A DNA stretch of 64,000 nt from an uncultured cyanobacterium. Lineage in GTDB: Bacteria; Cyanobacteriota; Cyanobacteriia; CAKZMO01. The position numbers and the translations under genes are program-made. Numbering within the stretch: position 1 is the first letter of the stretch; the number at the start of each line of letters is the position of its first letter. This document shows, piece after piece, positions 32,316 to 44,737 of the stretch. The notes under the pieces are model-generated. The model was not told the origin of the DNA. It made no database searches and saw only the letters and a list, made by a program, of their open reading frames with translations. Location: NCBI GenBank assembly GCA_963719515.1, contig CAVRCJ010000019.1, positions 109,470-173,469 on the forward strand. Reading direction: 5' to 3'.

Positions 32316-33236
32316 ATGGCAAAAACAGCGTGGGTATTTCCAGGACAGGGATCGCAGGCGATTGGGATGGGCAGCGATCTGGCCGACCATCCTGAGACGC
32401 AGGCGCGGCTGCAGGCGGCTGAGGCGATGCTGGGCTGGTCTGTGCTTGAGGTTGCCCAGCGCGAGGACGATACTGTTTCTGAAACCCGCTACACTCAGCC
32501 CTGCCTGTACGTGCTTGAGAGCATCTTGGCTGACCTACTGCGCCCTCAGGGGGCACCGGATTTTGTGGCGGGCCACAGCTTGGGGGAATATTCAGCGCTG
32601 TACGCCGCCCGCGTCTTTGAGTTTGAGGCTGGGCTAACGCTGGTTAAGCAGCGGGCTGAGGTGATGAGTCAGACTTCTAGCGGCGGCATGGCGGCCATTA
32701 TTGGAGCGGACCGAGAGCAGCTTGACGCGCTGCTGGCCCAAACCGAGGGCGTGGTGCTGGCCAACGACAATAGCCCCGCTCAGGTGGTGATCTCTGGGGC
32801 TCAGGCGGCGGTGGACCGGGTGCTCTCGCAGCTCAAAGCCAAGCGCAAGGTGCCGCTTAACGTCAGTGGAGCTTTTCACTCGCCGCTGATGGTGGCAGCG
32901 GCCCAGCAGTTTCAGGCGGTGCTGGAGGGCATCGACTTTCAGGACGCAGAGGTGCCCGTGCTCTCGAATACTGACCCGACGCCAGAAACCGATGCGGCGG
33001 CGCTGAAGCGGCGGCTTTCCGCCCAGATGACGGGCGCGGTGCGCTGGCGGGAAACGGCGCTGCAGTTTTCTGATTTGGGCGTTGATACCGTGGTGGAGGT
33101 GGGTCCAGGCAAAGTGCTCACGGGGCTTATCAAACGTATTTGCTCCGGCGTCATCCTCAAAAACGTCAGCGGCCTTGACGATATCGCCGCTGCTTCGACG
33201 TCTTCGCCGTCGGCCCCCACCCCGTCACTACAGTGA
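32316..33236 (+). CDS. fabD: ACP S-malonyltransferase
   Basis: FPGQGSQ, GHSLGEY, SGAFHS, EVGPG. Confidence 0.97.
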   Translation: MAKTAWVFPGQGSQAIGMGSDLADHPETQARLQAAEAMLGWSVLEVAQREDDTVSETRYTQPCLYVLESILADLLRPQGAPDFVAGHSLGEYSALYAARVFEFEAGLTLVKQRAEVMSQTSSGGMAAIIGADREQLDALLAQTEGVVLANDNSPAQVVISGAQAAVDRVLSQLKAKRKVPLNVSGAFHSPLMVAAAQQFQAVLEGIDFQDAEVPVLSNTDPTPETDAAALKRRLSAQMTGAVRWRETALQFSDLGVDTVVEVGPGKVLTGLIKRICSGVILKNVSGLDDIAAASTSSPSAPTPSLQ

Positions 33237-33892
33237 GCCACGATGGCCAAAGGCCGACCTTAAAGAGCGATCGCGAGCCGCCCGTCAGCCTTACCCTCTA
33301 CCATCTACTCAAATGGGGGCTGGTTCATCCGCTGCTGCTGAGCTACTTTCAAGGCCGCATCTACGGCGCTGAGCATGTGCCCCAGCAGGGGCCGCTTCTC
33401 GTGGTAAGCAACCACGCGAGCTACTTTGACCCGCCGCTGCTGTCCTCCGCTGTGCGGCGTCCGGTGGCCTATATGGCCAAGGCCGAGCTGTTTGACGTGC
33501 CGGTGCTTAGCCCGGCTATCCGGCTCTATGGCGCATACCCTGTGGCGCGGGGTAAGGGCGATCGCGCCGCCCTTCGCGCCGCCCTCTCCCGCCTAAAAGA
33601 AGGCTGGGCTGTGGGAGTATTTCTTCAGGGCACTCGCACCGCCGATGCCCGCATCTCTTCTCCCAAACTTGGGGCGGCGCTGATTGCCGCCAAAGCCAGC
33701 GTGCCCCTGCTGCCGGTCAGCCTGTGGGGCACCCAAAATATTTTGCGCTCCGCCGTCCCCCGCCCCGCCGCCGTCACCATTCGGATTGGAGAGCCGATCG
33801 CCGCCCCGCAGTCGGGCGATCGCCGTGCCCTAGAGGCCGTCACCCAGCGCTGCGTCACCGCCATCCACGCCCTGCACGATCAAGGACGCTGA
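33233..33892 (+). CDS. plsC: 1-acyl-sn-glycerol-3-phosphate acyltransferase
   Basis: NHASYFD (HX4D), MAKAELF, FLQGTR; GTGA overlap with the fabD stop. Confidence 0.92.
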   Translation: MSHDGQRPTLKSDREPPVSLTLYHLLKWGLVHPLLLSYFQGRIYGAEHVPQQGPLLVVSNHASYFDPPLLSSAVRRPVAYMAKAELFDVPVLSPAIRLYGAYPVARGKGDRAALRAALSRLKEGWAVGVFLQGTRTADARISSPKLGAALIAAKASVPLLPVSLWGTQNILRSAVPRPAAVTIRIGEPIAAPQSGDRRALEAVTQRCVTAIHALHDQGR

Positions 33893-34473
33893 GGCTCGGG
33901 GTTTAGCCCCACCGCTCTTGTGGGATCAAACCGCCGTAAGGACGACCCGGTGCGCCCGGTGACTACCCACAGCACCGAGCGGGCGCCATCGCGCACGACC
34001 TTACCCGTGGGCTCCGGCTCCTCCCCCGTAATTACGGGAATCGGCCTGAAGCCAATGCCCTGGCTACCGAATACGATCTCTCCAATGACCCGGGCGCGGC
34101 GCATGTGGTAGTCGGAGGTGATCAGGTAGATGTTGTCGATGTTGCGCTGCTCGAACTCATCCACCAGCGTTGTGAAATTGGTGACGGTATCCACTGCCTG
34201 ATAGTCGAGGTGAAGCCGCTCTGGCTCGATGCCGGCCTCAGCAAAGAGAGCTTCGGCAAACTCTGGGTTTGTGCCGGAGGAGACCCAAATCGGCAAATCG
34301 GGGTGATCGAGGGCGAACTGAGCCGCAAACTCCTCTCGCGCAATAGATCCGCCCAGCACCAAAATGGCGTCTGGTTTACGGATGTAGTGTTGAAACATCC
34401 GATACCCCACGGCTGCAATCGCCAACAGCAACAGCAGCTGTATTATCCATCGAATTGACTTTAAAACGATCAC
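33880..34473 (-). CDS. YdcF/DUF218 family protein
   Basis: N-terminal TM, AILVLGG, DTVTN, LITSDYHMRRA. Confidence 0.9.
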   Translation of the reverse strand: MIVLKSIRWIIQLLLLLAIAAVGYRMFQHYIRKPDAILVLGGSIAREEFAAQFALDHPDLPIWVSSGTNPEFAEALFAEAGIEPERLHLDYQAVDTVTNFTTLVDEFEQRNIDNIYLITSDYHMRRARVIGEIVFGSQGIGFRPIPVITGEEPEPTGKVVRDGARSVLWVVTGRTGSSLRRFDPTRAVGLNPEPQRP

Positions 34474-34755
34474 GGGTCTGGTTCCGGTCTGCTCGCGGCT
34501 CGGTTTGGCTGAGCTTATCTAGAATAGTCTAGCGAAGAGGCAGCCCGTTGAACGATCGGTCTCGGCAGCATGCCTCAGCGGTTTGTTCTCTAATCCGCAG
34601 ACAGCGCGCAAAGGTTACAATGACTGAGGGGAATTTTAAACCCAGATCTGGCCCTGTAGAAATGTTGCCATGCAGAATATCGACTGTCGCTGCTGCGCCT
34701 TGTAGCCCAGCGCTTTTTGATCGCCCTGCAGCGATGTGTTATTTGGAGTAGTCGG

Positions 34756-35610
34756 TTGAAGAATTCACAGTCCCAGAACATCGTCACCATTGCGGTTGCC
34801 CTGTTGGCCTTCGTCGCTATCGTGGTTGGTCTCAACTCATTCGTTGTGGTCAATCCTGGGCAGGCTGGTGTCGTCAGCATTCTAGGTCAGGCCCAAGAGC
34901 AGCCGCTGCTCGAAGGCATTCACTTTAAGCCACCTTTGATCTCTATGGTGGACGTGTACGACGTTACCGTGCAGAAATTTGAGGTGCCCGCAGAGAGCGC
35001 CACCCGCGACCTGCAGAGCCTCAAGGCAAGCTTTGCCATCAACTTTCGCCTAGACCCTACCCGGGTGGTGGAAATTCGGCGAACTCAGGGCACCTTGAGC
35101 AATGTGGTCGCTAAGGTGATTGCGCCTCAAACTCAAGAGTCGTTCAAAATTGCGGCGGCCCGGCGCACCATTGAAGAGTCGATCACGAAGCGTTCGGAAC
35201 TCAAGCAGGATTTTGACCTTGCCCTAAGCGATCGGCTGGAAAAGTACGGCGTCGTTGTTCTAGACACCAGCATTATCGACCTGAATTTCTCTAACGAATT
35301 TGCTAAGTCCGTCGAAGATAAGCAAATTGCTGAGCAGCGCGCGCGGCGAGCCGTCTACATTGCCCAAGAGGCTTCTCAAAAGGCGCAGGCAGAGGTCAAC
35401 CGAGCCAAGGGTAAAGCTGAGGCTCAGCGGCTGTTGGCAGAGACCCTAAAAGCTCAGGGGGGTTCCTTGGTGCTGCAAAAAGAGGCGATTGAGGCCTGGC
35501 AAAAGGGGGGAGCCCAGATGCCTGAAGTCTTAGTGATGAGTGGCGACAGCGCCGCAGCGGTTCCGTTCTTGTTTGACCTACAGAAAAATCCTTCTGACAA
35601 GAGTTCCTAG
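34756..35610 (+). CDS. Prohibitin/SPFH family protein (second paralogue)
   Basis: Same motifs as 10049-10897; TTG 34756 with GGAG aligns to the paralogue's Met. Confidence 0.9.
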   Translation: MKNSQSQNIVTIAVALLAFVAIVVGLNSFVVVNPGQAGVVSILGQAQEQPLLEGIHFKPPLISMVDVYDVTVQKFEVPAESATRDLQSLKASFAINFRLDPTRVVEIRRTQGTLSNVVAKVIAPQTQESFKIAAARRTIEESITKRSELKQDFDLALSDRLEKYGVVVLDTSIIDLNFSNEFAKSVEDKQIAEQRARRAVYIAQEASQKAQAEVNRAKGKAEAQRLLAETLKAQGGSLVLQKEAIEAWQKGGAQMPEVLVMSGDSAAAVPFLFDLQKNPSDKSS

Positions 35611-35708
35611 GCCTGCTTCACTGCCCAGGGGCGTAGACAATGGCTGCAGCGCGGCAGACCTAGCACGACAGTTAGGAGCGGCACCAGAGCTTCATTTGAG
35701 GGCTATGT

Positions 35709-36347
35709 CTACTGCGGGCAGGGAAACCGATCGCTGAGATTGCGAGGCTCTCCGGAGGCTGCTGTCTCGGCGATCCACCCCGTAGTATTGCCAAATTCAA
35801 TATTGGCCCAGACTCGCTGGCCCTGTACGCTCCCTGGGCTATCTCCCACAATGCGAACCGTTTGCCCAGTAGAGACGCTTCCTATCGTGCGGGCTAGGAC
35901 AGAGGCTGCGGCGCGAACGTTGAGAAAGGGAACCGTGACCCTAGAGCAGAGGGCTTCTTGTGGCGGTGGCATCCCGCCGCAGCCTTTAAGGTGACGAGCA
36001 ATCACATAGCCGAGCGCACTGTTGGCGCTGGGAACAATCACTTCCACAAACCCGTTTTGAACCACAAACCCGCCGCCTTCAGCTCGGTCCACCAGGAAGA
36101 CGCTGGTATCGACCTCGATAGTGGCTCGGGTGGCGCTGTCTGAGTCGACTGACGGTCGAGAGTAGACATCAAGGGAGCGGTTCGCGCGACGGCAAAATGG
36201 CGTTGGAGCTTGTGCCAATAGCGTTGCCGCGCTTGATGTCTCAGATGATGTCAAGCCCTGAGCGACGGCAGCGGCAGCGCCCATCGTGCCGACATCAACA
36301 GTGGCTGCGAGAAAAGCAGCGATTAACCCCGATTTCACGACGTTCAT
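35709..36347 (-). CDS. Secreted protein with two SH3b-like domains
   Basis: Signal-like N-terminus; LDVYSRPS...GYV and LNVRAAAS...IGSV...GWIA; AGGA before ATG 36347. Confidence 0.75.
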   Translation of the reverse strand: MNVVKSGLIAAFLAATVDVGTMGAAAAVAQGLTSSETSSAATLLAQAPTPFCRRANRSLDVYSRPSVDSDSATRATIEVDTSVFLVDRAEGGGFVVQNGFVEVIVPSANSALGYVIARHLKGCGGMPPPQEALCSRVTVPFLNVRAAASVLARTIGSVSTGQTVRIVGDSPGSVQGQRVWANIEFGNTTGWIAETAASGEPRNLSDRFPCPQ

Positions 36348-36443
36348 ACTATTTCCTTGCTGTGAAGATGAATTGTTGTGCTCATCGTACAACGCGATCG
36401 CCGCTGCATCACAGCTCTTTCAGCCCCGGGAAAACCGGGAATC

Positions 36444-39400
36444 TCACAGCAAAAAGTGACGAGCGCCAAGCGTTTCTACCGAGACGTCCTCTAGCAGCGC
36501 CAGGGTTTTGATGCCGCTGTCGGTTTGAACGCGAACCAGGCTGTGGTCGCCCCGCTGACGCAGCACCAAATCCACTGCGGCGACGCCCCGCACCCGTCGC
36601 AGATCGATTCGATCCTGCAAAATCTCGAAGTCGGTGATTACATCCCCAAATTCGCCGACGCGGCCATACCCAAAGCGATCGCGGCCCTGCCCTCCCGATA
36701 GCTGGTCGCCTCCCGCGCCGCCGATTAAAAGGTCATGGCCGCGACCGCCCCGCAGCCGATCTCTGCCGCGATCGCCCCTAAGGCGATCGTGCCCCGTTCC
36801 GCCGTTGAGGATGTCGCGGCCCGCCCCGCCGCGCAACAGGTCGCTGCCGCTGCCCCCGTTAAGGATGTCGTGACCCGCTCCGCCCAAAAGGCGATCAGCC
36901 CCGCCGCCGCCGTTGAGAATATCGTCGCCGGTGCCGCCTCTGAGGCGATCGCGGTTAGTGCCGCCGTTGAGAATATCGCTGTCTGCCCCCCCGACGAGCT
37001 GGTCTGCATCGCTGCCGCCATTGAGGATATCGCTGCCGTCCCTGCCGTTGAGGTCGTCAGGGTCGCTAAAGCCGTTGAGGATGTCGTCGCCGCTCATATC
37101 GAGCTGCCCTAGCTGACCATCGCGCCTGTTTCGCGGTGAATCTACGGTGTCAGGGACGCCATTGCCGTCGGCATCACCGGGGACCGCAAAGCTAAATGGG
37201 GTTGTGCCGGGTGCGCCAGCCGCAGCGTCGATTACATCCAGGATGCCGTCGCCGTCGCTATCCATGCCGTCGATGCGCCCGTCGTTGTCGCCGTCAGGCA
37301 GCTCCAGCGAAGCCTCTTGGAGGTCAAACCTGCCGTCGTTGTCGCTGTCGCGGTCGCGGTAGTTGGCTAGACCGTCGCCATCTTGGTCGAGCGCTTCTAG
37401 AATGCCGCTGGTAGATAGGCCGCTGGGCGTAACGCTGACAGCGCCCTGGCCGATGAGGCCGTCCTGGTCTGGGTCGGGGCCACCCGCTTCGGTGACATCC
37501 GCAAGGCCGTCGTTGTCGCTGTCGAGATCTTGAAAGTCGAAGACGCGATCGCCGTCGCTGTCGGGGGGGAAGCCGCGGGAAAGACCGCTGTCGGGGGCAG
37601 TTTCTCGGCTGTCGGCCAGCCCATTGCGGCCCACGGGCTCTTCGAGACGACCGTCCCCGTCGAGATCGCTGCCGTCCGCTTCTGCTAAGTCGCTAATGCC
37701 GTCGTTGTCTGCGTCGAGGTCGAGGCGATCTAGAATGCCATCGCCATCGGTGTCCCGATTAGGACGGCCTTGGTCTTCTATGGCGTCGGGAATGCCGTCA
37801 TTGTCGTCGTCGAGGTCAACGGCGTCGATCACCCCATCTCCATCGCTGTCCTCAAAGCCGCCGAAGCCGCCTGGCTGGGAATCGATGGCGTCGGGTACCC
37901 CATCGGCATCCGCGTCGGCGGGGCTGTCCACCTGTCCGTCTCCGTCGGCGTCAGGGCTGTTGGGGCCTATGCGCAGCCCCGCCTCCCCTCGGTCAGAAAC
38001 GCCGTCCCCATCGCTGTCGAGCTCTCGTCCGTCGGGTACCCCATCGCCATCCCCATCGGGAAGGGGAGCGCTGGGGCCGCTGCCGAAGGCGGTAGGTACC
38101 CCGTCTAGCACATCGGCAATGCCGTCACCGTCCGCGTCGGGGCCGTCCACCGCGCCGTTGCCGTCAGGGTCGGTCGTTATCGGAATACCCGCTTCCACTA
38201 GGTCCGGCACGCCGTCGTTATCGCTGTCTAGATCTCGGAAGTCCGGACGGCGATCGCCGTCGGTATCGCGGAGGGGGGCCAGCACCGGCTCATCTGCTAG
38301 ACCGTCGCCGTCGGCGTCCCGACCGCCCCCTTCGATCAGATCACCGACACCGTCATTGTCACTGTCTAGGTCCCGGAAGTCGGGAATGCGATCGCCGTCC
38401 GTGTCTACAGGAATCAACGCGCCGCCGCTACCGGTGTGCAGACTCTGCAGTAGGCCATTGGGGCCAAAGTCCTCCGGTCGCCCGTCTATCCGTCCGTCGC
38501 TGTTGGTGTCCGCGATGCCATACCCCGCCTCAACGACGTCGAAAAGCCCGTCCCCATCGGCGTCCGTGTCGAGGCTGTCGAAAAGCCCGTCGCCGTCGGT
38601 ATCCCGCAGCGGATCGCCCCCCTGCTCCACGGTGTCGAGAATGCCGTCGTTGTCGTCGTCGAGGTCGAGGTCGTTGGTGATCCCATCCCCATCGCTGTCC
38701 TCGAAGCCGCCGAAGCGGCCCGGTTGGGAATCAATCGCATCGGGGATGCCGTCGGCGTCGCTGTCGGTGGGGTCATCTACCTGGCCATCGCGATCGCTGT
38801 CGGGTGTCCTGAGCCCGGTGGCCAGGTTGAACTCCACTCGGTCAAAAACGCCATCCCCATCGCTGTCGAGGTCTCGCACATCGGGCACGCCGTCGCCGTC
38901 TCTGTCGGGCAGCGGGTTACTTGGGCCTCTGCCAAAGGTGGCTGTTTCATCCACCGGGTCCGAGATGCCGTCGCCGTCCGTATCGGGTTTGTCGATCGCG
39001 CCATTGCCGTCGGGGTCGCGGGCAGCGTCTATTCCCGATTCAATCAGATCAGAGACGCCGTCGTTGTCGCTGTCGAGGTCTTGAAAATCGGGTCGCCGGT
39101 CGCCGTCGGTATCGCGATCGCCCCCCTCAGTGACGTCAAGGATGCCGTCGTTATCGCTGTCGAGGTCTTGAAAGTCAAAGACGCGATCGCCATCGGTGTC
39201 GGTCGGCAATGCCGTCAGGATGCCGCTATTCGCAGCGGTTTCCAGGCTGTCTAGCAAGCCGTTGGTGCCAAATGTCGGTCCGTCTAAGCGACCATCACCG
39301 TCGAAGTCCGCTGCCCCGTAGCCGGATTCTACGCTGTCAAAGATGCCGTCGCCGTCCGCATCGAGGTCGAGGCTGTCAATCAGCCCGTCGCCGTCCGTAT

Positions 39401-42400
39401 CGCGGGTTGGGTCGCCGCCCTGCTCCACCGTATCCGGGATGCCGTCGTTGTCACCGTCGGCGTCTTGCTCGTCGGGGATGCCGTCGCTGTCGGCGTCGGC
39501 CTTCACAATCAGGGTTACGGTGCCGATATCGCTGCCGCCCTTGCCGTCGATCACCTCGTAGCTGAAGCGGTCGGAACCGCTGTAGCTCGCGGCAGGAAAA
39601 TAGGTGAAACCGCCGTCTGCGGCCAGGGTCACCGTTCCCCCTCCCTCGGTGGTCAGGGCAGCCGGGAGGACGGTGAGGATGTCGCCATCCGCGTCTCTGT
39701 CGGGGCCGCTACCGCTGTTGAGCACTCCCGCGATCGCCATCACGACCAGCGGGACGTCTTCCACGGCAGTATAGATATCGTCACTCGCCACGGGAAGGTC
39801 GTTGACGGGGATAAGGGTGACATCCACCAAACCGGTAACCGTTACCGCGCCATCGCTCACCAAATAGGTAAACTCGCCGGGGTCGGCAACGCCGTCATAG
39901 TCAGCAGGGGCATCGTACCGCAGCCCCGCAATCTGCTCAGGGGTGAGGAATTGACCGGCTGCAACTGGCCTGCCATCTTCGAGAGTAACGAGGCCGAGGG
40001 CGGGCAATCCCGCAACCGCAATCGTTAAGGCGTCGCCATCGGCATCCGTCGGGGCAACGAGGCCAAGGGGGACTCCGGCACTCTCTTCGAGCGCAGTCAC
40101 GGCAGCGCCGCCAGCATCCCCTGCGGTAGGGACATCGTTGATAGGGATGAGGGTGATGCGGGCAGTGCCCGTGACGATGCTCGTGCCGTCGGTCACTGAG
40201 TAGGTAAACTCACCGGGATCGGCAGCGCCGTCGTAGTCGGCAGGGGCATTGTACAGCAGCCCTTCTAGCGCTTCTGGGGTCAAGACCTGGCCGACGGTAA
40301 CGGGGGTTCCGTCGGCTAGGATGAGCCTTCCTAGGGCGGGCAACTCGGTGACGGTGAGGGTCAGCGGATCACCGTCGGCGTCGGTGGGCGCGGCTAGCCC
40401 CAAGGGGGTGCGGGTGCTCTCTTCCGCAGCGGCGATCGCGGCATTGCCTACAACCGGCACGTCATCGATGGCATTGAGAGAGATCTCCGCGCGGCCGGTG
40501 ACGGTGGCCGTGCCGTCAGACACAGCATAGGTAAACTTGCCGGGATCGGCAGCGCCGTCGTAGTCGGCAGGGGCATCGTACAGCAGCCCTTCTAGCGTCT
40601 CTGGGGCCAAGACCTGGCCCAGAACGAGCGGCGTCCCGTCGGCAGTGAGCGTTCCTAGAGCGGGCAGCTCGGTGACCGTGAGGGTCAGCAGGTCGCCGTC
40701 GGCATCGGTGGGAGCCGTCATCCCTAAAAGAGTTCGGGCGCTCTCTTCATCAGCGGCGATCGCCACATTGCGGGCCACAGGTGCATCGTTGATTGGCGTC
40801 AGGGCAATGTCGGCAGCGCCCGTTACGGTATCGGTGCCGTCGGTGACAGCATAGGTAAACCTACCGGGATCGCTCACGCCGTCGTAGTCAGCAGGGGCGT
40901 TGTAGATGAGTCCTGCTAGCTCAGCAGGGGTCAAGGGCTGCCCATCGGTGACGGGCGCGCCGCTGGCTAAGGTAACCGTCCCCAAAGCAGGCAGCTCGCT
41001 GATGGTAAGGGCCAGCGGGTCGCCGTCGGCATCTGTAGGAACGGCTAGCCCTAAAGGGGTGCGGGTGCTCTCTTCCGCAGCGGCGATCGCTGAATTGCCC
41101 ACAACCGGCCTGTCATTGACGGCGCTGAGGTCAAAATCTACGCTGCCGGTAACGGTATCACTGCCGTCAGAGACCGAGTAGCGGAAGGTTCCAGGGTCGC
41201 TCGCGCCGTCGTAGTCGGCGGGGGCGTCGTACAGTAGACCCCCTAGCTCCGCTGCGGTCAAGGGTTGCCCATCGGTAACGGACGTGCCGTCAGCTAGGGT
41301 AACCGTCCCCAACGCAGGCAGCTCGCTGACGATAAGGGTCAGCAGGTCGCCATCGGCATCCACAGGCGCTGCTATGCCTAAAGGCGTGCCCTGGCTTTCC
41401 TCCGCAGCGGCGATCGCGACAGCCTGGCCCACAACCGGCGCATCGTTGATGGCGCTTAGAGTGACGGTGGTCCTGCCGGTGACCGTGGCCCTGCCGTCGG
41501 TGACGGTATAGGTCAAGTCGCCGGGGTCACGGGCGCCGTCATACTCGGCAGGGGCGTCGTACCGTAGCCCCTCCAGCGCTTCTGCCGTGAGCGTCTGGCC
41601 ATGGGTAATCGGGGTGCCATCGGCTAGGGTGACCGCGCCCAGCACCGGCAAACCGCTGACCGTGATCGTTAGCGCCTCACCTTCCGCATCTGTGGGAGCC
41701 GTCAGTCCCAGGGTCCGACTGCTCTCCTCATCGACGGCGATCGCAACATTGCTCACCAGCGGCGCATCGTTGACCGCAGTTAAGGAGAAGTCAGTAACGC
41801 CGGTGATGGTGCTCGTCCCGTCGGTGACGGCGTAGGTGAAGTCGCCAGGGTCACGGGCGCCGTCGTAGTCCGCCGGGCCATCATAGAGCAGGCCCTCCAG
41901 TTCCGCAGCGGTGAGGATTTGGCCTGGGGTGAGCGGCGTCCCGTCTGCAAGGGTGAGCGCCCCGAGGCGGGGCAAACCCGTGACGGTGATTCTGAGGGCG
42001 TCGCCGTCGGCATCGGTCGGTGCGCTTAGCCCTAAGGGAATGCCGGTGCTTTCCTCTGCCGCGGCAATGGTCCCACTGCTGACCTCTGGCGCATCGTCAA
42101 CGGGCTCCACCGCGATCGAAAGCGTTGCCGTGTCGGTGCCGATGCCGTCATTCAGGGTATAGGTTACGCTGGGCAGCGCTCCGCTAACGTTTGCAGCGGG
42201 CAAAAAGCTGTAGGCTCCGGTTGCCTCCAGCGTTAGGCGGCCGAGGACAGCGCCGCCGCGGGTAATCTCGGTGGTGATACCCAAGGAGAGAGCCTCTTCA
42301 ACCCCATCCCCGTTAACGTCAACCCTAGCGCCAATCACTGTGAGCGGGTCGCTGTCGGCGTCGCTGTCCTGCCCGGCTGCGGGGTCGGGGTCAGCAATCA

Positions 42401-44381
42401 CGTTGCCCGAGATGGGAGTATCTTCAGCGACATCAACGGTATTATCGCGGGCAATGGGTAGGGTGTTGTTGTCTAGATAGTCGAGGCCAGAGGACAGCGA
42501 CGAGCCGGCGGTATCGTCGTCATCGCTATCCGGCAAAATACCGTTGAGCGGTGAGTTGATTTCGTCATTGGCATCAAAGCCGTCGTTGACGTCGCTCCCC
42601 TCAAACGCATCCAGTAAGCCGTCACCATCGCTGTCGTCGGGGGTAACCACCCCATCCCTGCCGTTTTCGTCGACATCAGGCACCCCGTCGTCGTCAGAGT
42701 CAACGTCGAGGTAGTTGGGAAGGCTCTGCGTGCCCACGCCGTCGGCCGTGCTGCCGTCAGAGTCTATAGGAACTAGCCCTTTCCCTCCCCCGGCAGTAGC
42801 TTCGTAGGCGTCGTCTAGACCATTACCATCTGCGTCATTACCGGTGGGAGCGATATAGCCTCGCGTGGTCTGCGCCTCAATATTGTCGGGAATGCCGTCG
42901 TTGTCGCTATCGAGGTCGACGCTATCGTTGAGGCGATCGCCGTCGCTGTCGGCTCCAACGATTGTAGTCGTTTGCGGGTTTGGGTAGAGCAACGCGTTTC
43001 GCAAGTCAATTTGAAAGCCCGCCCCATCGTTTGTCGTTCGAAACTGCAGGGTAAACTCGCTACGCTGGATGTAGTTGAAACGAATTGAGTCTGGGGAAAT
43101 GATTCTGTCACCTACGTCGTTAGCCGTGCCGGTGGCCAACACAAACCCCGGAATCTCGGTGGTAGAAAGCTCTAAAATAGTGTTCTTATCTACGGTGTAG
43201 CCGGTGATACTGTCTATAGGCGCAGCGACCGATTCCGTGCGCCTCTCCGTATGGTCTAAGTCGCCAATGACCGCCGTGAACACAGCCTCGGCCCGATTGC
43301 CGGGTTCTCCGGCGAGCAGGGCGCTAACATCGCTGTTCAAATCAAAAAACTCGAACCGTACGGTTGCAGATTCCGTGTCGGAGGAGTCGCCGTCTAAGCT
43401 TCGCACCGAGACGCGAGGCTGGCTGTCTAGTTCTCCCCAACTCACCCTCGTGGTGCCGGCATTGCTGACCGTATCGATGGCGGTAGCCCGCAGATAGCCA
43501 ATCGCGACGCCCGCTTCGTCGATCAGGGTATAGACCGCAATACTGCCAACGGTTTGATCTTCGCTACCGGAGGACGTCTGAAACGTACCGCTCACCCTAA
43601 AGGGCTGGGCCGCTCGCTCTAGAATGTTTTGGAGCGCGTTAGCCGCTTCTACGGTGTCCAAAATGCCGTCGTTGTCATCATCGAGATCGACAGCGTCGTC
43701 AATTCCATCGCCGTCCGTGTCTGCCGTTAGAGTACCGCCGTAGGCCGTGAGAGTCCTGACATCACAGGGCAACGAGAGCTCCCACTCTCGCCCGGCATCC
43801 ACTCTATTGATGGCGGCTTGTCGGCTCCGAACCGCTGGGGCGATCGCATCTAGCACCCAGCTGCCGCCTAGCGCCACACTGCCCACGGTGTGGGTAGAGG
43901 CGTGGACGGTGGCTCCCGTGAGATAGTGCATAGCCACCATGTAGGTCGCTCCGGCGATCTTGTCCGCTAGGTGACAGCCGTAGAGATGGAGCGCAGCGCT
44001 GCTGCGATAGGAATTGGGCGTGAACCAAGCGTTTAAATGGTGGGCGTAGCGATCAAGAGTCGTAAGACTCAGTTCGCTGTTGCCTAAATAGAGCACGCCT
44101 GCAGAGCCGTGGGACAAGATGTGCAGCTCGCTGACGTTAGGCAACGCCTGCAGCAGGGCTGTGATTTGGGCAACGCCATCCTGCTCCGGCTGCAGCACAG
44201 CGGCCCAAGCGTCAGGCCTGACGCCCGCCAGCAAGATTCGGTCGTCCTCGATGCTAGGGTCGAGGACGACAAGGGTAGGCTGCGCCATCAGCGATGGCGC
44301 ACTGCCTCGAAAATCAGTTTTTTGAGCGGTAGGTGGGTAGAGTTGAGCACCGCAAATCGGTGCGTAGTTGCCATGTTGCAT
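36444..44381 (-). CDS. Giant Ca-binding RTX-type surface protein/adhesin (DUF4347, Ig/cadherin-like repeats, TSP3-like repeats, RTX nonapeptides)
   Basis: 2645-aa ORF; LHILSHG..LHLYGC N-domain, DSDGDG..D repeats, NDAP-initiated repeats, GGxGxDxLx C-terminus; start 44381 or 44288. Confidence 0.9.
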   Translation of the reverse strand: MQHGNYAPICGAQLYPPTAQKTDFRGSAPSLMAQPTLVVLDPSIEDDRILLAGVRPDAWAAVLQPEQDGVAQITALLQALPNVSELHILSHGSAGVLYLGNSELSLTTLDRYAHHLNAWFTPNSYRSSAALHLYGCHLADKIAGATYMVAMHYLTGATVHASTHTVGSVALGGSWVLDAIAPAVRSRQAAINRVDAGREWELSLPCDVRTLTAYGGTLTADTDGDGIDDAVDLDDDNDGILDTVEAANALQNILERAAQPFRVSGTFQTSSGSEDQTVGSIAVYTLIDEAGVAIGYLRATAIDTVSNAGTTRVSWGELDSQPRVSVRSLDGDSSDTESATVRFEFFDLNSDVSALLAGEPGNRAEAVFTAVIGDLDHTERRTESVAAPIDSITGYTVDKNTILELSTTEIPGFVLATGTANDVGDRIISPDSIRFNYIQRSEFTLQFRTTNDGAGFQIDLRNALLYPNPQTTTIVGADSDGDRLNDSVDLDSDNDGIPDNIEAQTTRGYIAPTGNDADGNGLDDAYEATAGGGKGLVPIDSDGSTADGVGTQSLPNYLDVDSDDDGVPDVDENGRDGVVTPDDSDGDGLLDAFEGSDVNDGFDANDEINSPLNGILPDSDDDDTAGSSLSSGLDYLDNNTLPIARDNTVDVAEDTPISGNVIADPDPAAGQDSDADSDPLTVIGARVDVNGDGVEEALSLGITTEITRGGAVLGRLTLEATGAYSFLPAANVSGALPSVTYTLNDGIGTDTATLSIAVEPVDDAPEVSSGTIAAAEESTGIPLGLSAPTDADGDALRITVTGLPRLGALTLADGTPLTPGQILTAAELEGLLYDGPADYDGARDPGDFTYAVTDGTSTITGVTDFSLTAVNDAPLVSNVAIAVDEESSRTLGLTAPTDAEGEALTITVSGLPVLGAVTLADGTPITHGQTLTAEALEGLRYDAPAEYDGARDPGDLTYTVTDGRATVTGRTTVTLSAINDAPVVGQAVAIAAAEESQGTPLGIAAPVDADGDLLTLIVSELPALGTVTLADGTSVTDGQPLTAAELGGLLYDAPADYDGASDPGTFRYSVSDGSDTVTGSVDFDLSAVNDRPVVGNSAIAAAEESTRTPLGLAVPTDADGDPLALTISELPALGTVTLASGAPVTDGQPLTPAELAGLIYNAPADYDGVSDPGRFTYAVTDGTDTVTGAADIALTPINDAPVARNVAIAADEESARTLLGMTAPTDADGDLLTLTVTELPALGTLTADGTPLVLGQVLAPETLEGLLYDAPADYDGAADPGKFTYAVSDGTATVTGRAEISLNAIDDVPVVGNAAIAAAEESTRTPLGLAAPTDADGDPLTLTVTELPALGRLILADGTPVTVGQVLTPEALEGLLYNAPADYDGAADPGEFTYSVTDGTSIVTGTARITLIPINDVPTAGDAGGAAVTALEESAGVPLGLVAPTDADGDALTIAVAGLPALGLVTLEDGRPVAAGQFLTPEQIAGLRYDAPADYDGVADPGEFTYLVSDGAVTVTGLVDVTLIPVNDLPVASDDIYTAVEDVPLVVMAIAGVLNSGSGPDRDADGDILTVLPAALTTEGGGTVTLAADGGFTYFPAASYSGSDRFSYEVIDGKGGSDIGTVTLIVKADADSDGIPDEQDADGDNDGIPDTVEQGGDPTRDTDGDGLIDSLDLDADGDGIFDSVESGYGAADFDGDGRLDGPTFGTNGLLDSLETAANSGILTALPTDTDGDRVFDFQDLDSDNDGILDVTEGGDRDTDGDRRPDFQDLDSDNDGVSDLIESGIDAARDPDGNGAIDKPDTDGDGISDPVDETATFGRGPSNPLPDRDGDGVPDVRDLDSDGDGVFDRVEFNLATGLRTPDSDRDGQVDDPTDSDADGIPDAIDSQPGRFGGFEDSDGDGITNDLDLDDDNDGILDTVEQGGDPLRDTDGDGLFDSLDTDADGDGLFDVVEAGYGIADTNSDGRIDGRPEDFGPNGLLQSLHTGSGGALIPVDTDGDRIPDFRDLDSDNDGVGDLIEGGGRDADGDGLADEPVLAPLRDTDGDRRPDFRDLDSDNDGVPDLVEAGIPITTDPDGNGAVDGPDADGDGIADVLDGVPTAFGSGPSAPLPDGDGDGVPDGRELDSDGDGVSDRGEAGLRIGPNSPDADGDGQVDSPADADADGVPDAIDSQPGGFGGFEDSDGDGVIDAVDLDDDNDGIPDAIEDQGRPNRDTDGDGILDRLDLDADNDGISDLAEADGSDLDGDGRLEEPVGRNGLADSRETAPDSGLSRGFPPDSDGDRVFDFQDLDSDNDGLADVTEAGGPDPDQDGLIGQGAVSVTPSGLSTSGILEALDQDGDGLANYRDRDSDNDGRFDLQEASLELPDGDNDGRIDGMDSDGDGILDVIDAAAGAPGTTPFSFAVPGDADGNGVPDTVDSPRNRRDGQLGQLDMSGDDILNGFSDPDDLNGRDGSDILNGGSDADQLVGGADSDILNGGTNRDRLRGGTGDDILNGGGGADRLLGGAGHDILNGGSGSDLLRGGAGRDILNGGTGHDRLRGDRGRDRLRGGRGHDLLIGGAGGDQLSGGQGRDRFGYGRVGEFGDVITDFEILQDRIDLRRVRGVAAVDLVLRQRGDHSLVRVQTDSGIKTLALLEDVSVETLGARHFLL
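39803..42100 (-). repeat. Seven tandem ~330-bp intragenic repeats (Ig/cadherin-like modules)
   Basis: Recurring [10 protein letters not shown]...LP.LG...LADGT and [21 protein letters not shown] units; boundaries approximate. Confidence 0.85.
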
Positions 44382-44737
44382 GTTTGGGGTAGGTATAGCG
44401 CATCATGGCAGATGCTCCTGACAGCGAGGCTAAATTCTCAGATTTGAGGGTTGCACGGCCCAAACTGAAAAGCTCGCTGTAAGCTATTGCATTGGTTCAG
44501 TTGCTTAGAACACCAAAATCGGCTGAAAGCCTGACGTTATGTCGGCAACTGAACGCGCAAATGTCCTAATGCATCAGGACATTCGCTATATCGAACAGTT
44601 TCTGTATACCCGTCAAATTGTGAAGAGATGCTAAGTGATTGTGCGGAAAACTCACGTTTCTATAAAAACCTAAGTAAGGCAGGCCAGCGATCGAGAGCTC
44701 AAGCTGTCATTGGGGAAGCGATCGCCGCTAGGTTAAC

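Noticed and set aside
37624..39084. 486-aa Ser/Pro-rich plus-strand ORF
   Set aside because: Antisense shadow of the Asp-Gly repeat codons of the giant gene
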